64,000 nt of DNA from Candidatus Saccharimonadota bacterium (GTDB lineage: Bacteria; Patescibacteriota; Saccharimonadia; Saccharimonadales; Saccharimonadaceae): the NCBI GenBank assembly GCA_013333595.2, contig JABCON020000002.1:16849-80848 (forward strand), written 5' to 3'. The translations under genes were made by a program, and so were the position numbers. Shown here in pieces: positions 61,374 through 64,000 of the stretch (positions are counted from its first letter, which is position 1; each line of letters opens with the position of its first letter). The notes under the pieces were generated by a model. It saw only the letters and a list, made by a program, of their open reading frames with translations, searched no databases and was not told where the DNA came from.

Positions 61374-61889
61374 CTACAGCGCAGCTTCGACTGCAGCCCA
61401 GGTTGCATCGGGGTTATCCTCTGGGATAATGATGGTAACTTGGTCACCAATATTAATCCGAAAGTACGTCACGCTTGCCAGCAGAATGCGGTATTCACGC
61501 CCGCCGGCTTCTACGTAGTAGGCACCATCGTGCTGCACCAGGGTGCCAATAACTTGGCGGCGCTCGGTTGGGCCAATTTGCTTATAAATAAAGCCGCCCT
61601 TGTCGGTGATGGTAAGCTTGAGCATATCACCTTCCACTAGCTTAGACTTACTCGCGTAGTTAGCTGGCACGGGGTAATTCTTGCCATCCGGGCCAATCAT
61701 GACCTGGCCATCAAATACGCCTTCAATAATCTTGCCAGCCACATCCTCCTGGCTATTGCGTGGGGTAATAACCTGGCCGTCCTCGCCGAGGATACTAATC
61801 AAAAGCTCCTTAGCAGCGGCCAAGTTTGTTTCGGCGTCTTGAATTAACGATTTAAGACGCTTGACCTGTTTTTCTGGTAATTCAGACAT
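61374..61889 (-). CDS. conserved hypothetical protein
   Basis: IEGVFDGQ..GPDGKNYPVPANYASKSKLVEGD; family I recall as widespread in Patescibacteria (not verified). Confidence 0.8.
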   Translation of the reverse strand: MSELPEKQVKRLKSLIQDAETNLAAAKELLISILGEDGQVITPRNSQEDVAGKIIEGVFDGQVMIGPDGKNYPVPANYASKSKLVEGDMLKLTITDKGGFIYKQIGPTERRQVIGTLVQHDGAYYVEAGGREYRILLASVTYFRINIGDQVTIIIPEDNPDATWAAVEAAL

Positions 61890-61972
61890 AATCTCGCAGT
61901 TCCTTGTCTGTTTTTATCGTGAATATCTCTTCTATTATATACGCTAGTAGCCAGGGGTTGTCAAGTTGATTA

Positions 61973-62533
61973 TCAGCGGCCCGTGTGTGGCGCGCGGCAG
62001 ATAAACCAGTCATCCCGGCCATAGCGGTGGTGCTCAACATGCCAAAAGCAGGCGGCAAGTTCCCCGCTCAGCTGCGTGGCTGGCACGGTAATATGGGCTT
62101 TGTGCGCCGGCACATGGGCTGGGTTAGGGGTGATGATAGCCACAACGCCGGTAGGTTCTAGGAGCGTGCCAATGGCACGAAAGAACGCAGCACGATCCGC
62201 AATAAATGCAACGACGTATTTGCAGGTAATAAGGCCGTAGCGGCAGGGCGGCAAAGGCGGCTTGGTTATATCGCGCACAGCAAAGGTGATGCCCTGTGTG
62301 TAGATAGTGCTTGCCTGTGCTTGGTTAATGGCCTCGGTGGATATGTCAATGCCAGTTACCTGGTAGCCGCGGTGGTATAGGTCACGCGCCAATTGCCCAG
62401 TGCCGCAGCCGATATCTAGTGCTGTTTTGGGTGCGCTGCGTGCCACATGGCACAGCTCCCCTACCTGGTGGGTTGGAAGCTGTCGGTAATCACGCGTATG
62501 GATAGGGCGCGCGCCCCCGGTTGGTGTGGCCAT
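61973..62533 (-). CDS. class I SAM-dependent methyltransferase
   Basis: ALDIGCGTG, VTGIDIS. Confidence 0.85.
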   Translation of the reverse strand: MATPTGGARPIHTRDYRQLPTHQVGELCHVARSAPKTALDIGCGTGQLARDLYHRGYQVTGIDISTEAINQAQASTIYTQGITFAVRDITKPPLPPCRYGLITCKYVVAFIADRAAFFRAIGTLLEPTGVVAIITPNPAHVPAHKAHITVPATQLSGELAACFWHVEHHRYGRDDWFICRAPHTGR

Positions 62534-62716
62534 ACTATTAGTATACTGGTTTGTGCTGCATCTTTCCACAGCCCTACCAGATAACACAGCAGGTTCGTTG
62601 TAAATTTGGGTGGTACGTTATGCCCTAGGGGCCTTGCTATCGTAGCCGTAGCTTGGTATAATGCATGAGCTTTAGCACACCGGGTGCTAATGTTCTTTTC
62701 TGTAGGAGGAGTAACA

Positions 62717-63022
62717 GTGATTCGATCTGCTACTACGTTTAGCATTACCCATATGCCGCCACTGGCTGACCTTATAAAAGGCCAGCCACTCCAGGCTGGG
62801 GGGTATGTATTGCAACCTATCATATATGGAAAGGTTGATGCCGTTATCTATACCCGAGAGGGGGTGGTGCACTTTGAGCGACTACGCTGCGTCGTAAGTC
62901 GTGGTGACATTACAGCCGCCGCTGCTATAGAAGTGACTGGGTGGTATAATGTTACCGCCCGTCGCGGCGAAGCGCGGTTTATCCCGCCGCTACTGGTGGG
63001 GGAAACGCCTGCCGCTGCCTAA
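62717..63022 (+). CDS. hypothetical protein (orphan)
   Basis: GTG start after AGGAGG, TGGTATAAT promoter, terminator at 63034-63065. Confidence 0.6.
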   Translation: MIRSATTFSITHMPPLADLIKGQPLQAGGYVLQPIIYGKVDAVIYTREGVVHFERLRCVVSRGDITAAAAIEVTGWYNVTARRGEARFIPPLLVGETPAAA

Positions 63023-63186
63023 TCCCCCTTATCCCCGCTGCTTTTACCGGCAGCGGGTTTTCTTTGGTTACTTGGCTATGCCGGTTGCGCCAGGCTACGC
63101 TTACGCTGCTAAACCAAAACCACCGCCAAGTAGTGATACTCAGCGGTGGTTTGTTATAACAACCGAGCCGTGCGCGTGCAGCTAAA

Positions 63187-63570
63187 CTATACCAGCTCGA
63201 CGCTTGCACCGGCGTCTTCAAGCTTCTTCTTAGCTTCTTCTGCTTCGTCCTTCGAAACCTTCTCGAGGATGGCACTTGGTGCGTCATCTACCAGAGCCTT
63301 TGCCTCACCCAGGCCTAGGCCAGTGATTTCCTTCACAGCCTTGATAACTGGCACCTTCTGGCCACCAGCGTCCTTCAGCTGAACGGTGAATTCAGTCTTT
63401 TCGTCTTCTGCGGCAGCGTCGCCACCAGCAGCTGGGCCGGCAACAGCAACTGCAGCAGCAGCTGGCTCAATGCCGTACTCATCTTTCAATACGTTCTTTA
63501 GTTCGTTCACTTCTAGAACAGTCAGTTTGGTTAGCTCTTCAGCTAGTTTTTTTACATCAGCCATTGTCAT
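63187..63570 (-). CDS. rplL: 50S ribosomal protein L7/L12
   Basis: [33 protein letters not shown]. Confidence 0.97.
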   Translation of the reverse strand: MTMADVKKLAEELTKLTVLEVNELKNVLKDEYGIEPAAAAVAVAGPAAGGDAAAEDEKTEFTVQLKDAGGQKVPVIKAVKEITGLGLGEAKALVDDAPSAILEKVSKDEAEEAKKKLEDAGASVELV

Positions 63571-63593
63571 AGCTCCTTTGGTTCGGTTAGTAA

Positions 63594-64000
63594 TTAGTTG
63601 GTTGCCTTGGCTTCAACGCCATCCAGCAGCGCATGCAGGTTGCCAGAAAGGCCGTTGGTAATATCGTGTACCGGTGAAAGCAGTTGTGATACCACCTGTG
63701 CGATGAGCTGATCCTTGCTTGGCAGGCCTGCCAGGGCAGTAATCTCGCTCGTACCAAGTGCCAGGCCTTCGCTACTAAAGCCGCCTACCAGCTCTAGGGC
63801 TGGGTGGTCCTTGCTAAAGCGGTCCAGCACTTGGGCTGGAGCGACCTCATCCTCGGTGCTAAAGGCGTAGATCAACTGGCCTTGCAGCAGTGAGGTGTCG
63901 GCATCTTTGTAGGTATCGTTACTTTCGAGTGCCACGCGTACCAGGCGGTTTTTGACGACCTTGATGGTAACGCCAGCCTCGCGTGCGTGAGCACGTAGTT
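63594..64000 (-). CDS. rplJ: 50S ribosomal protein L10, 5'-truncated by window edge
   Basis: [20 protein letters not shown]; directly upstream of rplL. Confidence 0.9.
   Translation of the reverse strand, partial: LRAHAREAGVTIKVVKNRLVRVALESNDTYKDADTSLLQGQLIYAFSTEDEVAPAQVLDRFSKDHPALELVGGFSSEGLALGTSEITALAGLPSKDQLIAQVVSQLLSPVHDITNGLSGNLHALLDGVEAKATN

Overview
A 64-kb chromosomal segment from a small-genome, fairly GC-rich bacterium. Gene content and order (dnaX-dnaB-GT-C-ybaB-recR, rplJL, cysS, smpB, pyrH, a complete F1Fo atp operon, glgB/glgP, conserved hypotheticals) point to Candidatus Saccharibacteria (TM7, Patescibacteria) using the standard genetic code. This assignment is an inference; no database search was run. 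Most housekeeping genes look leaderless, with a -10 box a few nt before ATG and no SD. Interspersed among them are about a dozen stand-alone orphan genes, typically with their own promoter, 5' hairpin, strong SD and CCCC...GGGG terminator. Main observations: (1) a canonical type III hammerhead ribozyme at 54096-54149 (minus) closes an orphan-gene unit whose structured 5' leader is complementary to its 3' UTR; (2) a tandem array of five unrelated secreted-protein genes (23.3-26.9 kb) shares a covarying 5'-terminal RNA motif and homologous terminators; (3) two further ORF-free structured regions follow atpC and the greA-like gene; (4) a PE-PPE/cutinase-like membrane-anchored hydrolase suggests a mycolate-containing actinobacterial host; (5) an AT-rich hydrolase gene sits at the 3' end of rlmD. 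No transposase, integrase, reverse transcriptase, CRISPR array or rRNA was seen. All RNA folds were worked out by eye and all protein calls come from motif recognition.
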